This document shows positions 38,238 through 49,010 of a DNA stretch of 64,000 bases, in pieces. A program made the position numbers and the translations under genes. The stretch comes from an uncultured Gammaproteobacteria bacterium (GTDB lineage Bacteria; Patescibacteriota; Patescibacteriia; S139-126), in contig CAZBLW010000002.1 in NCBI GenBank assembly GCA_964493305.1, forward strand, positions 142,812 to 206,811. Direction: 5' to 3'. The notes under the pieces are model-generated. The model saw only the letters and a list, made by a program, of their open reading frames with translations, did not search any database and was not told where the DNA came from. Numbering within the stretch: the first letter of the stretch is position 1; every line of letters starts with the position of its first letter.

Positions 38238-39428
38238 ATGGCAGAAATGTTTGATCGTTCCAAGGAACACGTCAATGTTGGTACTATTGGTCACGTTGAC
38301 CATGGTAAAACAACTTTAACCGCTGCAATGTTGACTGTACTTGGTGCCAAGGGTTTTGCAGCCCAAACAAAAACCGTAGACCAAATTGACAACGCTCCCG
38401 AAGAAAAAGAGCGTGGTATTACTATTGCTACTGCTCACGTTGAATATCAAAGTGAGAAAAGACATTATGCACACGTTGACTGTCCCGGACACGCTGACTA
38501 CGTAAAAAATATGATTACCGGAGCGGCTCAAATGGATGGTGCTATTTTGGTAGTAGCAGCCACTGATGGTCCAATGCCTCAGACTCGTGAACACATCTTA
38601 CTTGCCAAGCAAGTCGGTGTGCCTTATATTGTCGTATTTTTAAACAAAACTGATCAAGTTGACGATCCTGAGTTGGTTGATTTGGTAGAAGAAGAGGTAA
38701 GAGATTTATTGAAAAAATATGAATTCCCTGGTGACAAAACTCCTATCATTAGAGGTAGTGCTTTGAAAGCTTTGGAAAATCCCAATGATGAAGCGGCTTC
38801 CAAGCCAATTATGGATTTGGTCAAAGCTTTGGATGAATATATTCCTACCCCGGTGAGAGAAATTGATAAACCATTTTTGATGCCAATTGAAGATATTTTC
38901 TCCATTGAAGGAAGAGGTACAGTTGTCACTGGTAGAATTGAACGTGGTATTGTTAAAGTCAATGAAGAAGTTGAAATCGTCGGACTCAGAGACACTCAAA
39001 AGACCACTGTCACTGGCGTGGAAATGTTTAACAAGACCTTAGACCAAGGTCAAGCTGGTGATAATGCCGGTATTTTGTTACGCGGTGTCAAAAAAGAAGA
39101 TGTTGAAAGAGGCCAAGTTTTATGCAAACCCGGTTCAATTACTCCTCATACTGAATTTGAAGCTGAAGTTTATATTTTATCCAAAGAAGAAGGTGGTAGA
39201 CACACTCCTTTCTTCAAAGGTTATAAACCACAGTTTTATATCAGAACTACTGATGTAACCGGTGATGTTATTTTGCCTGAAGGTACTGAGATGGTAATGC
39301 CCGGTGATACTGTCAATTTAAAGGTCACTTTGATTTCACCAGTTGCTATGGAAGAAAAAATGAGATTTGCTATTCGTGAAGGTGGTCGAACAGTAGGAGC
39401 TGGAGCAGTGACTAAGATTATAAAATAA
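38238..39428 (+). CDS. tuf: Elongation factor Tu
   Basis: [18 protein letters not shown] and NKTD motifs. Confidence 0.95.
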   Translation: MAEMFDRSKEHVNVGTIGHVDHGKTTLTAAMLTVLGAKGFAAQTKTVDQIDNAPEEKERGITIATAHVEYQSEKRHYAHVDCPGHADYVKNMITGAAQMDGAILVVAATDGPMPQTREHILLAKQVGVPYIVVFLNKTDQVDDPELVDLVEEEVRDLLKKYEFPGDKTPIIRGSALKALENPNDEAASKPIMDLVKALDEYIPTPVREIDKPFLMPIEDIFSIEGRGTVVTGRIERGIVKVNEEVEIVGLRDTQKTTVTGVEMFNKTLDQGQAGDNAGILLRGVKKEDVERGQVLCKPGSITPHTEFEAEVYILSKEEGGRHTPFFKGYKPQFYIRTTDVTGDVILPEGTEMVMPGDTVNLKVTLISPVAMEEKMRFAIREGGRTVGAGAVTKIIK

Positions 39429-39502
39429 TTGATTACACTAATTCCCGCCAAGTTATTTGGCGGGATTAACGTGGAATTAATAATAAAGAAATTGTTAAAA
39501 GT

Positions 39503-39856
39503 ATGACCGAACAAAAAACTAAGAAAGCCACACTGACCGGTGAAGAAGAGGTAAAACCCCGTATTCGTATCAAGATCAAGGCTTATGATCACAAAATTAT
39601 TGATCAAGCGGCCAAGAAAATTATTGAAACTGCGGAAAGAAATGGTTCGAGTGTAGTCGGCCCAGTACCATTGCCTACTGCCAAGAGAAAATTTACGGTA
39701 CTAAATTCCACATTTGTTCATAAAGATTCCCGTGACCAGTATGAAATGCGTATTCATAAGAGATTGATTGATATTAGTCAACCCAACGCTAAAACAGTTG
39801 AAGCACTGTCCAGTCTAAATTTACCAGCGGGAGTTGATATTGAAATAAAAATGTAA
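39503..39856 (+). CDS. rpsJ: 30S ribosomal protein S10 (with N-terminal extension)
   Basis: [16 protein letters not shown] core. Confidence 0.9.
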   Translation: MTEQKTKKATLTGEEEVKPRIRIKIKAYDHKIIDQAAKKIIETAERNGSSVVGPVPLPTAKRKFTVLNSTFVHKDSRDQYEMRIHKRLIDISQPNAKTVEALSSLNLPAGVDIEIKM

Positions 39857-40051
39857 CCCTATTGTCTGGTAAAGGTCCAACTTTGGAAACCTATCAGACC
39901 AATAGTTAGTTATATAAGAAAGGATTAACATTTTAAAAAAATTTGAGAACAATCAGGGTTTGTTTCTCAAAACCGATTCCGCGTTTACTTCTAAATTTTT
40001 TGGAATTAGACGTGGGAGCGGTTTTTACTTATCCCAAGAAATAGCAAACAT

Positions 40052-40894
40052 ATGCAAGACAAATCAGAAAAATTTATTATCGGTCTAAAGCGTGGTATGA
40101 CCCAGCTATTTTTAGATAATGGTGAAGCTGTACCAGTGACGATGGTTGAGGCTGGTCCTTGCCAAGTAGTGCAAGTAAAGACCAAAGCCAATGACGGCTA
40201 CAGCGCCGTGCAGTTAAGTTTTGGTCAAAAACGTAAGTTGACCAAATCTTTATTGGGACATCTAAAAGGTTTATTGCCTGGCCGTTATTTAACTGAATTT
40301 AAAATAACTAGTGAAGAATTGGCAGCTAAACTCCAACGGGGTTTAGAAATCAAAACCGATAGTTTTAGTGAAGGTGATTTGGTTAAAGTTGTAGGTACCA
40401 GTAAGGGTAAAGGTTTTCAAGGTGTAGTTAGACGACACGGCTTTCACGGAAGTCCAGCAACTCATGGTCATAAAGATCAATTACGGATGCCTGGTTCTAT
40501 TGGTGCTGGCGGTGTGCAACATGTCTTTAAAGGTACTAAAATGGGCGGACGCATGGGTCATGATCAAGTAACCGTAGCCAATTTGCAGATTGTAAAAATT
40601 GATTCAGAGAATAATTTATTATATCTTAAGGGAGCTGTACCGGGAATTCGGGGTGGTATGATCAAGATAATTGGTAGTGGTGAATTAAAATTACATCAAC
40701 CAAACACTACCCAAATAGCTGATCAACCAGCTGCGGCTGCTACAACTGATACCAAAGTTGCTGAAGAAAAACCAGTTGTTGATTCAGCGACTATAACCGC
40801 TGATACCAAAGTTGAATCAACCCCAACTCCAGAGGTCAATCAACCAAGTGATAAACCGGAAGTTGTTACCAATACCGAATCAATTGAAAAATAG
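40052..40894 (+). CDS. rplC: 50S ribosomal protein L3 (with low-complexity C-terminal extension)
   Basis: L3 core. Operon position. Confidence 0.9.
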   Translation: MQDKSEKFIIGLKRGMTQLFLDNGEAVPVTMVEAGPCQVVQVKTKANDGYSAVQLSFGQKRKLTKSLLGHLKGLLPGRYLTEFKITSEELAAKLQRGLEIKTDSFSEGDLVKVVGTSKGKGFQGVVRRHGFHGSPATHGHKDQLRMPGSIGAGGVQHVFKGTKMGGRMGHDQVTVANLQIVKIDSENNLLYLKGAVPGIRGGMIKIIGSGELKLHQPNTTQIADQPAAAATTDTKVAEEKPVVDSATITADTKVESTPTPEVNQPSDKPEVVTNTESIEK

Positions 40895-40897
40895 TTT

Positions 40898-41536
40898 ATG
40901 ACAGATATTAAAATATACAATCAATCTGGAAAAGAAATTAAAAGCGCAACTTTGTCAGTGCAAGTTTTTGGAGTAGAAGTAAAACCAGCTTTGGTAGCTG
41001 AAGTGGCTGTTGCCCTGTCAGCTAACCAACGACAGCCCTTGGCTCATACCAAAGGTAGGAGCGAGGTAAGAGGTGGCGGTCGCAAGCCGTGGAAACAAAA
41101 AGGGACTGGACGGGCCAGACACGGTTCAATCAGATCACCTTTGTGGATTGGCGGTGGTGTTACTTTTGGACCAACTAATAATCAAAATTTTACCAAAAAA
41201 ATAAATAAAAAAGTTAAAGCCCAAGCTATCCGAATGGTACTAACCGATCGGGCTAAACAGAACAATTTAATAATTTTTGATGATTTAAAATTTTCCGATA
41301 TAAAAACCAAAGCTGTGGCTGATTGGTTGCAAATAAAACCATTGGCCAATAAAAAAGTTTTGTTGGTTTTAGAGCGTTTTGATAAAAATATTGATAGATC
41401 TGCCCGCAATTTGCCCCAGGTCCAGGTTACCACTTTAGACAGTTTGAATTTATTGTCTTTGCTGGCTTATCCTTATTTGGTTATGACCGAGTCTACTTTG
41501 GAAAAATTAGTCAAAAAGTATAGCAATTCCATATGA
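40898..41536 (+). CDS. rplD: 50S ribosomal protein L4
   Basis: L4 core. Operon position. Confidence 0.9.
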   Translation: MTDIKIYNQSGKEIKSATLSVQVFGVEVKPALVAEVAVALSANQRQPLAHTKGRSEVRGGGRKPWKQKGTGRARHGSIRSPLWIGGGVTFGPTNNQNFTKKINKKVKAQAIRMVLTDRAKQNNLIIFDDLKFSDIKTKAVADWLQIKPLANKKVLLVLERFDKNIDRSARNLPQVQVTTLDSLNLLSLLAYPYLVMTESTLEKLVKKYSNSI

Positions 41537-41955
41537 GTATAAAAGATTTATTTACTAAACAAGATCAAACTCAGCAGTCAAAGGTTAAACCAGTAACTGC
41601 TAAGTCAGCTAATGTACCGGCCAAAAAATCTGAGTCAGCTGGGGAAGTTGCTATGTCTAAAAAGATAGCCGCTATGTCTCATCGGGTTTTAATTAAACCA
41701 TTGGTTACAGAAAAAGGAGCTAAACAAACTGAACAGAATAAATATTTTTTTATGGTAGCACCGCAAGCCAATAAAGTTATGATTAAACAAGCCATGATGG
41801 AAACTTATGGTATCAAACCGCAAACCGTAAATATTTTACAGGTAAAGGGTAAAAAGGTTAAATTTGGTCGTCGCGAAGGTATGCGCAAAGATTGGAAAAA
41901 AGCGATTATCACCCTACCTGCCGGCAAGAGTATTGATGTATATAAAGGAGTATAA
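41533..41955 (+). CDS. rplW: 50S ribosomal protein L23 (N-terminal extension)
   Basis: LIKPLVTEK...FMV...NK L23 core. Confidence 0.85.
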   Translation: MSIKDLFTKQDQTQQSKVKPVTAKSANVPAKKSESAGEVAMSKKIAAMSHRVLIKPLVTEKGAKQTEQNKYFFMVAPQANKVMIKQAMMETYGIKPQTVNILQVKGKKVKFGRREGMRKDWKKAIITLPAGKSIDVYKGV

Positions 41956-41956
41956 T

Positions 41957-42790
41957 ATGGCAATAATTAAATACAAACCAACTTCAGCAGGTCGTCGTAT
42001 TTCCTCGGTTAATAAACAGGTATTAGTTAAAGCTGATTTAAAAAAGTTGAAAGTTAAAAAAATCAGAACTACTGGTCGCAACAACCAAGGAAAAATTACT
42101 ATTCGTCATCGGGGTGGTGGAGTTAAGCAGCATTATCGGGTAGTTGATTTCAAGCGAGATAAGTTTGATATACCAGCCAGAGTTATTGAATTGTGTTATG
42201 ATCCGAATCGCAGCGCCAATTTGGCACTCTTGCAGTATGCTGATGGAGTAAAAACTTATATTGTAGCTCCAGATGGTTTACAAGCTGGTCAAAAAGTAAT
42301 AGCAAGTCAAAATAGTGTGGAAATAAAGATTGGCAATAACCTGCCGTTACGATTTATTCCTGATGGACAAGCTATCAACAATGTTGAACTTTATACTGGA
42401 GGTGGTGCCAAACTAGGACGATCGGCTGGAAATATGATTGTTTTGATGGCCAAAGAAAACGGCTTTGCTCAATTGAAGATGCCTTCGGGCGAAGTTCGTT
42501 TAGTACCTGATAATTGTCGTGCTACAATTGGTTCAGTAAGTAATACCGAACATCGTAATGTGCGTTGGGGAAAAGCCGGCCGGACACGTTATCGCAATAT
42601 TAAACCAACTGTCAGAGGTAAAGCGATGAATCCGGTTGATCATCCTCATGGTGGTGGTGAAGGTAATCAACCAATTGGCTTGAAACATCCTAAGACTCCT
42701 TGGGGTAAACCAGCTTTGGGAGTTAAGACCAGGAAACAAAAACACAGTGATCGTTTAATTATCAAAAGAAGAGTAGCTAAGAAAAAATAA
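41957..42790 (+). CDS. rplB: 50S ribosomal protein L2
   Basis: [14 protein letters not shown] start. HPHGGGEG motif. ORF-track start at 41864 rejected because it overlaps rplW. Confidence 0.9.
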   Translation: MAIIKYKPTSAGRRISSVNKQVLVKADLKKLKVKKIRTTGRNNQGKITIRHRGGGVKQHYRVVDFKRDKFDIPARVIELCYDPNRSANLALLQYADGVKTYIVAPDGLQAGQKVIASQNSVEIKIGNNLPLRFIPDGQAINNVELYTGGGAKLGRSAGNMIVLMAKENGFAQLKMPSGEVRLVPDNCRATIGSVSNTEHRNVRWGKAGRTRYRNIKPTVRGKAMNPVDHPHGGGEGNQPIGLKHPKTPWGKPALGVKTRKQKHSDRLIIKRRVAKKK

Positions 42791-42798
42791 TAAATTAT

Positions 42799-43098
42799 AT
42801 GAGTAGAAGTTTAAAAAAAGGACCATTTATTGATGATAAGCTATTGAAAAAGATAGCCAAAGCAAAACAGAGCGGTGATAAAAAACCGATCAAGACTTGG
42901 TCAAGAGATTCAATGATTGTACCAGAAATGGTAGGTTTTAATTTAGCCGTTCACAATGGTAAAAATCACTTACCAGTTTTTATAGTAGAAAATATGGTTG
43001 GTCATAAGCTAGGTGAATTTGCTCCAACCAGAAAATTTTATAAACACGGTGGTAAAATGCAAAAAGAACAAGAGAAGGCCGCCACTGAAACCAAATAA
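42799..43098 (+). CDS. rpsS: 30S ribosomal protein S19
   Basis: [10 protein letters not shown] start. Confidence 0.9.
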   Translation: MSRSLKKGPFIDDKLLKKIAKAKQSGDKKPIKTWSRDSMIVPEMVGFNLAVHNGKNHLPVFIVENMVGHKLGEFAPTRKFYKHGGKMQKEQEKAATETK

Positions 43099-43101
43099 TA
43101 T

Positions 43102-43647
43102 ATGAGTCAAACAACCGTTAAAGCAGTATTAAAATATTCTCGTTTATCTCCTCGTAAAGCCCGGATGATAGCTACTTTAGTGCGCGGTAAAAAAGCCACT
43201 GTAGCTGAAGCCCAACTCAAATGGCGCGCCGGAAAAGTTGCTCCGATATTGTTGAAGTTGTTACAAAGCGCTATGGCCAATGCTGTTCACAATTTTAAAT
43301 TGGAAAAAGAAGGTTTGGTTATTAAATCACTGACCGTGGATAGTGGCCCAGTTTTAAAAAGATATACCCCCAAGGCTTTTGGTCGAGCAACACCGATTAG
43401 AAAACCAACTAGCCATATTAATATTGTTTTAATTAGTACCAAAGAACCGGTTAAAAAAGATAAAGTCACAGCGGAACAAGACAAGTCAAAGCAGGTAGGT
43501 GAAAAAAAAGCAGATAATCAAACGGTAACAAATAAAAAAGTAGATAAAAAAATAAGCAAAAAAGATAAACCAGTAACGACAGCACCAGCTGGCAAAAAAT
43601 TAACTGCCAACAAACCAATTAGCAAAACTACTAAGCAAAAAGTTTAA
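43102..43647 (+). CDS. rplV: 50S ribosomal protein L22 (K-rich C-terminal extension)
   Basis: L22 core. Operon position. Confidence 0.9.
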   Translation: MSQTTVKAVLKYSRLSPRKARMIATLVRGKKATVAEAQLKWRAGKVAPILLKLLQSAMANAVHNFKLEKEGLVIKSLTVDSGPVLKRYTPKAFGRATPIRKPTSHINIVLISTKEPVKKDKVTAEQDKSKQVGEKKADNQTVTNKKVDKKISKKDKPVTTAPAGKKLTANKPISKTTKQKV

Positions 43648-43658
43648 AGTAATATTAT

Positions 43659-44324
43659 ATGGGACAGAAAGTAAATCCAAAAATATTTCGTACTAATATC
43701 ATTTTTTCCTGGTCATCTAAATGGTTTAGTCAACACAATTATGCTGAAAATCTGCAGCAGGATATTAAGTTGCGAAAATTTTTACGTAATAAATTGAAAG
43801 AAGCAGCTTTAGCTAAAATCGAAATTGAGCGTTCAGTAGGCAAGTTGGATATAAATTTATATACCGCTAAACCAGGTTTAATTATTGGTAAAGGCGGTAA
43901 AGCAGTGGAGGATTTGAAAAAAGAGCTACAGCAAAAGATAATTCATAACCCTAAATTGCAGATTAATATCAATATCAAAGAAGTAGATAAGCCCAACTTA
44001 TCGGCGGAAATAATGGTTCAACAGATGGCTCAAGAAATTGAAAAGCGGGTTCCATTTAGACGAGTAATGAAACGTACTATTGATATGATTTTGAAAGCTG
44101 GAGCTAAAGGTGTGAAAGTGCAGGTATCCGGTCGATTGAACGGTGCTGAAATTGCTCGTACGGAAACATTAGCGGAGGGAAAAATTCCTTTACATACCAT
44201 GCGTGCCAATATTGATTATTCTCGCGGTGTCGCAGTTACTACTTATGGTACTATTGGTATTAAAGTTTGGATTTATACCGGCGAAGTATTTAAAGCCAAA
44301 GAACAAGAAATAAACAATAATTAA
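43659..44324 (+). CDS. rpsC: 30S ribosomal protein S3
   Basis: MGQKVNP start. KH domain. Confidence 0.9.
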   Translation: MGQKVNPKIFRTNIIFSWSSKWFSQHNYAENLQQDIKLRKFLRNKLKEAALAKIEIERSVGKLDINLYTAKPGLIIGKGGKAVEDLKKELQQKIIHNPKLQININIKEVDKPNLSAEIMVQQMAQEIEKRVPFRRVMKRTIDMILKAGAKGVKVQVSGRLNGAEIARTETLAEGKIPLHTMRANIDYSRGVAVTTYGTIGIKVWIYTGEVFKAKEQEINNN

Positions 44325-44325
44325 T

Positions 44326-44736
44326 ATGTTAGCACCAAAAAAAGTAAAACATAGAAAATGGCAACGAGGACGTATCCGGGGTAATGCTACTAGCGGTGAC
44401 CGTTTACATTTTGGTAGTTTTGGTTTAAAATCTCAGGAACCACGTTGGGTTAGTTCTAGACAAATTGAAGCTGCTAGACGAGCGATGACTAGATATGTAC
44501 AAAGAGGAGCAAAAATTTGGATTAGAATTTTTCCTGATAAACCTATTACCAGCAAAGGCAATGAAATTCCTATGGGTAAAGGTAAAGGGGCACCTGATCA
44601 TTTTGTAGCCGTAGTTAAGCCCGGCACTATGATTTTTGAAATGGAAGGCATTGATGAAAAGACCGCTCGAGAAGCGATGAGATTGGCTGCTCATAAATTG
44701 CCTTGTAAAACCAAGTTTGTGACCAAGAATTTATAA
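44326..44736 (+). CDS. rplP: 50S ribosomal protein L16
   Basis: L16 core. Confidence 0.9.
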   Translation: MLAPKKVKHRKWQRGRIRGNATSGDRLHFGSFGLKSQEPRWVSSRQIEAARRAMTRYVQRGAKIWIRIFPDKPITSKGNEIPMGKGKGAPDHFVAVVKPGTMIFEMEGIDEKTAREAMRLAAHKLPCKTKFVTKNL

Positions 44737-44740
44737 AAAT

Positions 44741-44971
44741 ATGGATTTAAAAGAATTAAAAACTAAAAGCATAGCAGAATTGCAAAAGTTATTGTCCGAA
44801 GAACGGGCCCGATGGCGAGATTTGCGTTTTCAGGTAGCCGCCGAGCAGCATAAACAAGTTCACGAACTGAAACAGAGTCGCTTGACTATTGCTCGGATTT
44901 TGACTTTATTGAAACAGTTGCATAAAGATTCATCTCAAGTTAAAACTGAGTCCAATAAAACGGAAAAATAA
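44741..44971 (+). CDS. rpmC: 50S ribosomal protein L29
   Basis: L29 helical core. Position. Confidence 0.8.
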   Translation: MDLKELKTKSIAELQKLLSEERARWRDLRFQVAAEQHKQVHELKQSRLTIARILTLLKQLHKDSSQVKTESNKTEK

Positions 44972-44991
44972 TTTAACTATAATTAATCAAT

Positions 44992-45267
44992 ATGGTAGAA
45001 GAAAAAAATACAAATGAGAAAAAGATGGTTAGAAGTTTTACTGGTACCGTAGTTTCAGCGGCAATGGATAAAACCGTAGTAGTGCAGGTAGCTGATATTA
45101 AGATTCATCCCAAATATCGCAAACGTTATCAAGTTTCCAAAAAATATCACGCTCATGATGCAAAGAATGAATATCAAGTTGGTGACGAGGTTGTGATTGT
45201 AGAAGTTAGGCCAATGGCCAAAACCAAAAAATGGCGAGTAGTAAGTAAAATAAATAAACAAGTATGA
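44992..45267 (+). CDS. rpsQ: 30S ribosomal protein S17
   Basis: S17 OB-fold core. Confidence 0.85.
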   Translation: MVEEKNTNEKKMVRSFTGTVVSAAMDKTVVVQVADIKIHPKYRKRYQVSKKYHAHDAKNEYQVGDEVVIVEVRPMAKTKKWRVVSKINKQV

Positions 45268-45635
45268 TTCAAGTCGGAACAAGATTAAAAGTAGCTGATA
45301 ATTCTGGTGCCCGCGAGGTCCAGTGTATTAGAATTTTAGGCGCCTCTTATCGACGTTATGCCGGTATTGGTGATTTGATAATTGTGGCGACTAAAAATGC
45401 CCAACCCCATTCACAAGTTAAAAAAGGCGAAGTCCTAACAGCAGTAGTGGTGAGAACTAAACAAAGTATTAAACGCAAAGATGGTTCTGCCTTGCGCTTT
45501 GATGAAAACGCCGTGGTGATTATTGATAAAAAATCCAAGGAACCCAAAGCGTCACGTATTTTTGGACCAGTGGCTAGAGAATTACGCAATAAAGGTTTTA
45601 TGAAAATTATATCATTAGCACCTGAAGTATTATAA
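45264..45635 (+). CDS. rplN: 50S ribosomal protein L14
   Basis: [16 protein letters not shown] start. Confidence 0.9.
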   Translation: MIQVGTRLKVADNSGAREVQCIRILGASYRRYAGIGDLIIVATKNAQPHSQVKKGEVLTAVVVRTKQSIKRKDGSALRFDENAVVIIDKKSKEPKASRIFGPVARELRNKGFMKIISLAPEVL

Positions 45636-45639
45636 ATAT

Positions 45640-45948
45640 ATGAAATTCAAAAAGAATGACAATGTCAAAGTAATAGTCGGTAAAGATAAGGGTAAACAAG
45701 GTAAAATTACCCAGGTCTTTCCGGTGGAGAAAAAAGTTGTCGTAGAAGGTGTAAATGTGGCCAAAAAACATCTGCGTCCTCGTAAACAAGGCGAAGGCGG
45801 TCAGGTAATAGAATTTTTTGCTCCGTTATTGATCAATAAAGTTCAATTAGTTTGTCCCAAGTGTGGTAAGTTAACCAGAATTGGAATCAATATCACACCA
45901 GAAGGCAAAAAAACCAGAGTTTGTAAAAAATGTAAAGCTAGTATTTAA
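45640..45948 (+). CDS. rplX: 50S ribosomal protein L24 (C-terminal zinc-ribbon extension)
   Basis: KOW motif. C-terminal CPKCG...CKKC. Confidence 0.85.
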   Translation: MKFKKNDNVKVIVGKDKGKQGKITQVFPVEKKVVVEGVNVAKKHLRPRKQGEGGQVIEFFAPLLINKVQLVCPKCGKLTRIGINITPEGKKTRVCKKCKASI

Positions 45949-45950
45949 AT

Positions 45951-46493
45951 ATGAATAAATTACAACAAGAATTTAATAAAACCATCAGACCAGCTTTGTT
46001 TAAAGAATTGGGTTTAAAAAGTATTATGGCTGTACCACGTTTGCAAAAAGTTATCTTGAACGTGGGTGTGGGCAAAGGATTGAAAGATGAAAAATATGTT
46101 GACGCAGTTGAATCGACCATTGTACGTATCACTGGTCAAAAACCAGTTCGTACCAAAGCCAAAAAATCAATTGCCGCTTTCAAAATTAGAGAAGGCAATA
46201 CCGTTGGTTTAAAAGTAACTTTACGAGGTCGGAGAATGTACGATTTTGTTGAAAAATTGATCAATGTTAGTTTACCTCGGGTACGTGATTTTCAGGGATT
46301 GAAAACCAACAGTTTTGATGGACAGGGTAATTATACTTTGGGTATTAAGGAACACATAATTTTTCCTGAGATAAAAGCTGATGAGGTAGAAAATTTACAT
46401 GGTTTAGAAATAATTATTGTTACTTCTACTGACCAGGATGAATTAGCTAAAAAATTGTTGACAGCATTACATTTTCCTTTTAATAAAAAATAA
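45951..46493 (+). CDS. rplE: 50S ribosomal protein L5
   Basis: L5 core. Confidence 0.9.
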   Translation: MNKLQQEFNKTIRPALFKELGLKSIMAVPRLQKVILNVGVGKGLKDEKYVDAVESTIVRITGQKPVRTKAKKSIAAFKIREGNTVGLKVTLRGRRMYDFVEKLINVSLPRVRDFQGLKTNSFDGQGNYTLGIKEHIIFPEIKADEVENLHGLEIIIVTSTDQDELAKKLLTALHFPFNKK

Positions 46494-46497
46494 ATTT

Positions 46498-46692
46498 ATG
46501 GCTACGAAAGCACAAATTGCTAAATCAAATAGATCAATTACTAAACCAAAATTTTCCACCCGAGTGGTTCGACGTTGTTGGCGTTGCGGTCGTAAACGTT
46601 CTTATATGCGTGATTTTAAGATATGCCGCATTTGTTTTAGAGAGTTAGCCGCCAAAGGTGATTTACCAGGAGTTACTAAAAGTAGTTGGTAG
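46498..46692 (+). CDS. rpsZ: 30S ribosomal protein S14 type Z (zinc-binding)
   Basis: 64 aa with CWRCG...CRIC. Confidence 0.85.
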   Translation: MATKAQIAKSNRSITKPKFSTRVVRRCWRCGRKRSYMRDFKICRICFRELAAKGDLPGVTKSSW

Positions 46693-46732
46693 TTTATAAA
46701 TTAAAGAATAAATTAAATTTAAAAGATTCAAT

Positions 46733-47119
46733 ATGACAGATCCTATCGCAGATATGCTTACCAGAATTAGAAACGCTTTGCGCGTAAATAAAAGCGAAGT
46801 AACTATCCCTTACTCAAAATTGAAGGTAAGAATTGCCGAAATTTTGAAAAACGAAGGGTATATTAGTAGTTACAGTGAACAGATAGAAAATCGTCAATTA
46901 AAGTTAAAATTGAAATATCAATCTGATGGTCGATCAGCTATAAATTCGTTGCGCCGAATTTCCAAACCAGGCAGACGAGTTTATTGTCAGGCTGACAAAT
47001 TACCTAGAGTATTGAATAATTTAGGTATTGCTATCATATCTACTCCTGCCGGTTTAATGACTGTTGCTGATGCGAAAAAGAATAAAATTGGCGGAGAAAT
47101 TATTTGTGAAATATATTAA
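46733..47119 (+). CDS. rpsH: 30S ribosomal protein S8
   Basis: MTDPIADMLTRIRN start. Confidence 0.9.
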   Translation: MTDPIADMLTRIRNALRVNKSEVTIPYSKLKVRIAEILKNEGYISSYSEQIENRQLKLKLKYQSDGRSAINSLRRISKPGRRVYCQADKLPRVLNNLGIAIISTPAGLMTVADAKKNKIGGEIICEIY

Positions 47120-47121
47120 TT

Positions 47122-47667
47122 ATGAGCAGATTAGCCAAAAAACCAATTATTATACCCAGCGGAGTAACAGTTGCAATTTCCGATAAGTTATACGTGGTCA
47201 AAGGTCCCAAAGGTGAGCTATCCAAACCTAAGGTACCTAAAGTTAAAATAGAACAAACTGAGCAACAGCTTGTTTTACAAGTTGCTAATTTGGAAAAAAG
47301 TGAAGAACGCGCTTTCTTGGGCACAGCGGTGCGGGTGATACAAAATATGATTATCGGTGTTACCCAAGGTTATACTAAAAAGTTAGAAATAAATGGTGTT
47401 GGTTATCGAGCAGAAATGAAGGGAAAAAATTTAGTATTGAATGTTGGTTATTCGCACCCGGTTGAGTTTAAGGAAACACCAGGTATTACTTTGCAAGTTG
47501 AAAAAAATGTTATTACCGTTAGTGGTATTGATAAGGTATTAGTCGGTCAAGTGGCTGCCAATATTAGAAAAATAAGAAAACCCGAGCCTTATAAAGGAAA
47601 AGGTATTAAATATAGTGATGAGGTTATTATTCGTAAAGAAGGCAAACAAGTTAAAGCTCAAGCTTAA
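47122..47667 (+). CDS. rplF: 50S ribosomal protein L6
   Basis: MSRLAKKPI start. Two-domain L6. Confidence 0.9.
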   Translation: MSRLAKKPIIIPSGVTVAISDKLYVVKGPKGELSKPKVPKVKIEQTEQQLVLQVANLEKSEERAFLGTAVRVIQNMIIGVTQGYTKKLEINGVGYRAEMKGKNLVLNVGYSHPVEFKETPGITLQVEKNVITVSGIDKVLVGQVAANIRKIRKPEPYKGKGIKYSDEVIIRKEGKQVKAQA

Positions 47668-47677
47668 ATAAAATTTT

Positions 47678-48016
47678 ATGTTAAAGAAACAATTATTAAG
47701 AAAACATCGACACAATCGAGTACGAGCCAAAGTTAAGGGTACAAACCAAAGACCTAGGTTGGTGGTTTTTCGTAGCTTAAAGCACATCGAAGTTCAAGTT
47801 ATTGATGACACTAAAGGCGTGACTATTTTGTCTAGCCGTGATTTAAAAATGAAAGGAGCTAAGTTATTAAGGGCGGAAAAAATTGGTACCGAAATTGCCA
47901 AAGCTTGTTTAGCTAAAAAAATAACCACAGTAGTTTTTGATCGCAATGGTTATAAATTTCAAGGCAGAGTCAAAGCGTTAGCTGAAGCTGCTCGTAAGGA
48001 AGGATTAATTTTTTAA
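47678..48016 (+). CDS. rplR: 50S ribosomal protein L18
   Basis: L18 core. Confidence 0.85.
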   Translation: MLKKQLLRKHRHNRVRAKVKGTNQRPRLVVFRSLKHIEVQVIDDTKGVTILSSRDLKMKGAKLLRAEKIGTEIAKACLAKKITTVVFDRNGYKFQGRVKALAEAARKEGLIF

Positions 48017-48021
48017 TATTT

Positions 48022-48537
48022 ATGGTGAATAAAACTGACAACAAAAAAAATAATAAACCGGTTGAGATAGTTAAATCAGCTGAAGAGTTTGAGCAAAAAA
48101 TTATTGATCTAGCCAGAGTCACTAGAGTAATGGCTGGTGGTAAGCGTATGCGTTTTCGCGCTTGTGTAGTTATTGGCAACAAACGCGGTCAAATTGGTTA
48201 TGCTATTGCTAAGGGAGCCGATGTTACTTTAGCGGTCAATAAAGCCGTGGCCAAAGCTAAAAAGCATTTGTTGACAGTCAATATCTATCAGGAAACTATT
48301 CCTCATGAAGTTAGGTTGAAATACAAAGCGGCTAACATCATTTTAAAACCAGCACCATTGGGAACCGGAGTAAAAGCCGGTGGAGCTGTTCGAGAAGTTT
48401 TGGCTTTATCAGGTATTCCCAATGTCGTGGCCAAAATTTTAGGTTCAAACAACAAAATCAATAACGTCAAAGCTACCTTTTTGGCATTACAAAGTTTGAA
48501 AAAATCTTCTGGCAATAGACAACTAACAGATAAATAA
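48022..48537 (+). CDS. rpsE: 30S ribosomal protein S5
   Basis: S5 dsRBD core. Confidence 0.9.
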   Translation: MVNKTDNKKNNKPVEIVKSAEEFEQKIIDLARVTRVMAGGKRMRFRACVVIGNKRGQIGYAIAKGADVTLAVNKAVAKAKKHLLTVNIYQETIPHEVRLKYKAANIILKPAPLGTGVKAGGAVREVLALSGIPNVVAKILGSNNKINNVKATFLALQSLKKSSGNRQLTDK

Positions 48538-48542
48538 TTTTT

Positions 48543-49004
48543 ATGTTGACTTTAAATAATTTAGTAAAAACTACTCCCAAAAAATCCAAACGTTTAGGCC
48601 GTGGAAACGCTAGTCGGGGCAATTATTCGGGTCGCGGTATGAAAGGACAAAAGGCAAGAAGCGGTGTGGGTGGTTTGAAACAGAAAGGTATTAAATCTTG
48701 GTTGATGAAAGTACCAAAGAATCGAGGTTTTGCCAGTCCCAATTTAGCCAAAGAAAATGTATCATTACAACAGTTAGAAATTCATTTTTCTGACGGTGAT
48801 AAGGTAACTCCATTTATCCTTAAACGTAAAGGCTTAATCGATAATCATAAGGCTGGGATCAAGATAATAGGTAATGGCAAGTTAACAAAAAAATTGACTG
48901 TCCAGGTACACGCACTAAGTGCCAATGCCAAACAGGTCATTACCAAAGCCGGAGGTAGTGTTGAATTGATAGTTAAGAAAAAAATTGAAAAAAAATCTAA
49001 ATAA
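48543..49004 (+). CDS. rplO: 50S ribosomal protein L15 (no L30 gene precedes it)
   Basis: KRLGRGNASRGNYSGRG motif. Only a 5-bp gap to rpsE. Confidence 0.85.
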   Translation: MLTLNNLVKTTPKKSKRLGRGNASRGNYSGRGMKGQKARSGVGGLKQKGIKSWLMKVPKNRGFASPNLAKENVSLQQLEIHFSDGDKVTPFILKRKGLIDNHKAGIKIIGNGKLTKKLTVQVHALSANAKQVITKAGGSVELIVKKKIEKKSK

Positions 49005-49010
49005 TTTCTT

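Noticed and set aside
38316-39607. Antisense and out-of-frame ORFs within and after tuf (38316..38594, 38654..38995, 38706..38999, 39058..39258, 39236..39607)
   Set aside because: Overlap the highly conserved EF-Tu gene or the rpsJ start. No independent support.
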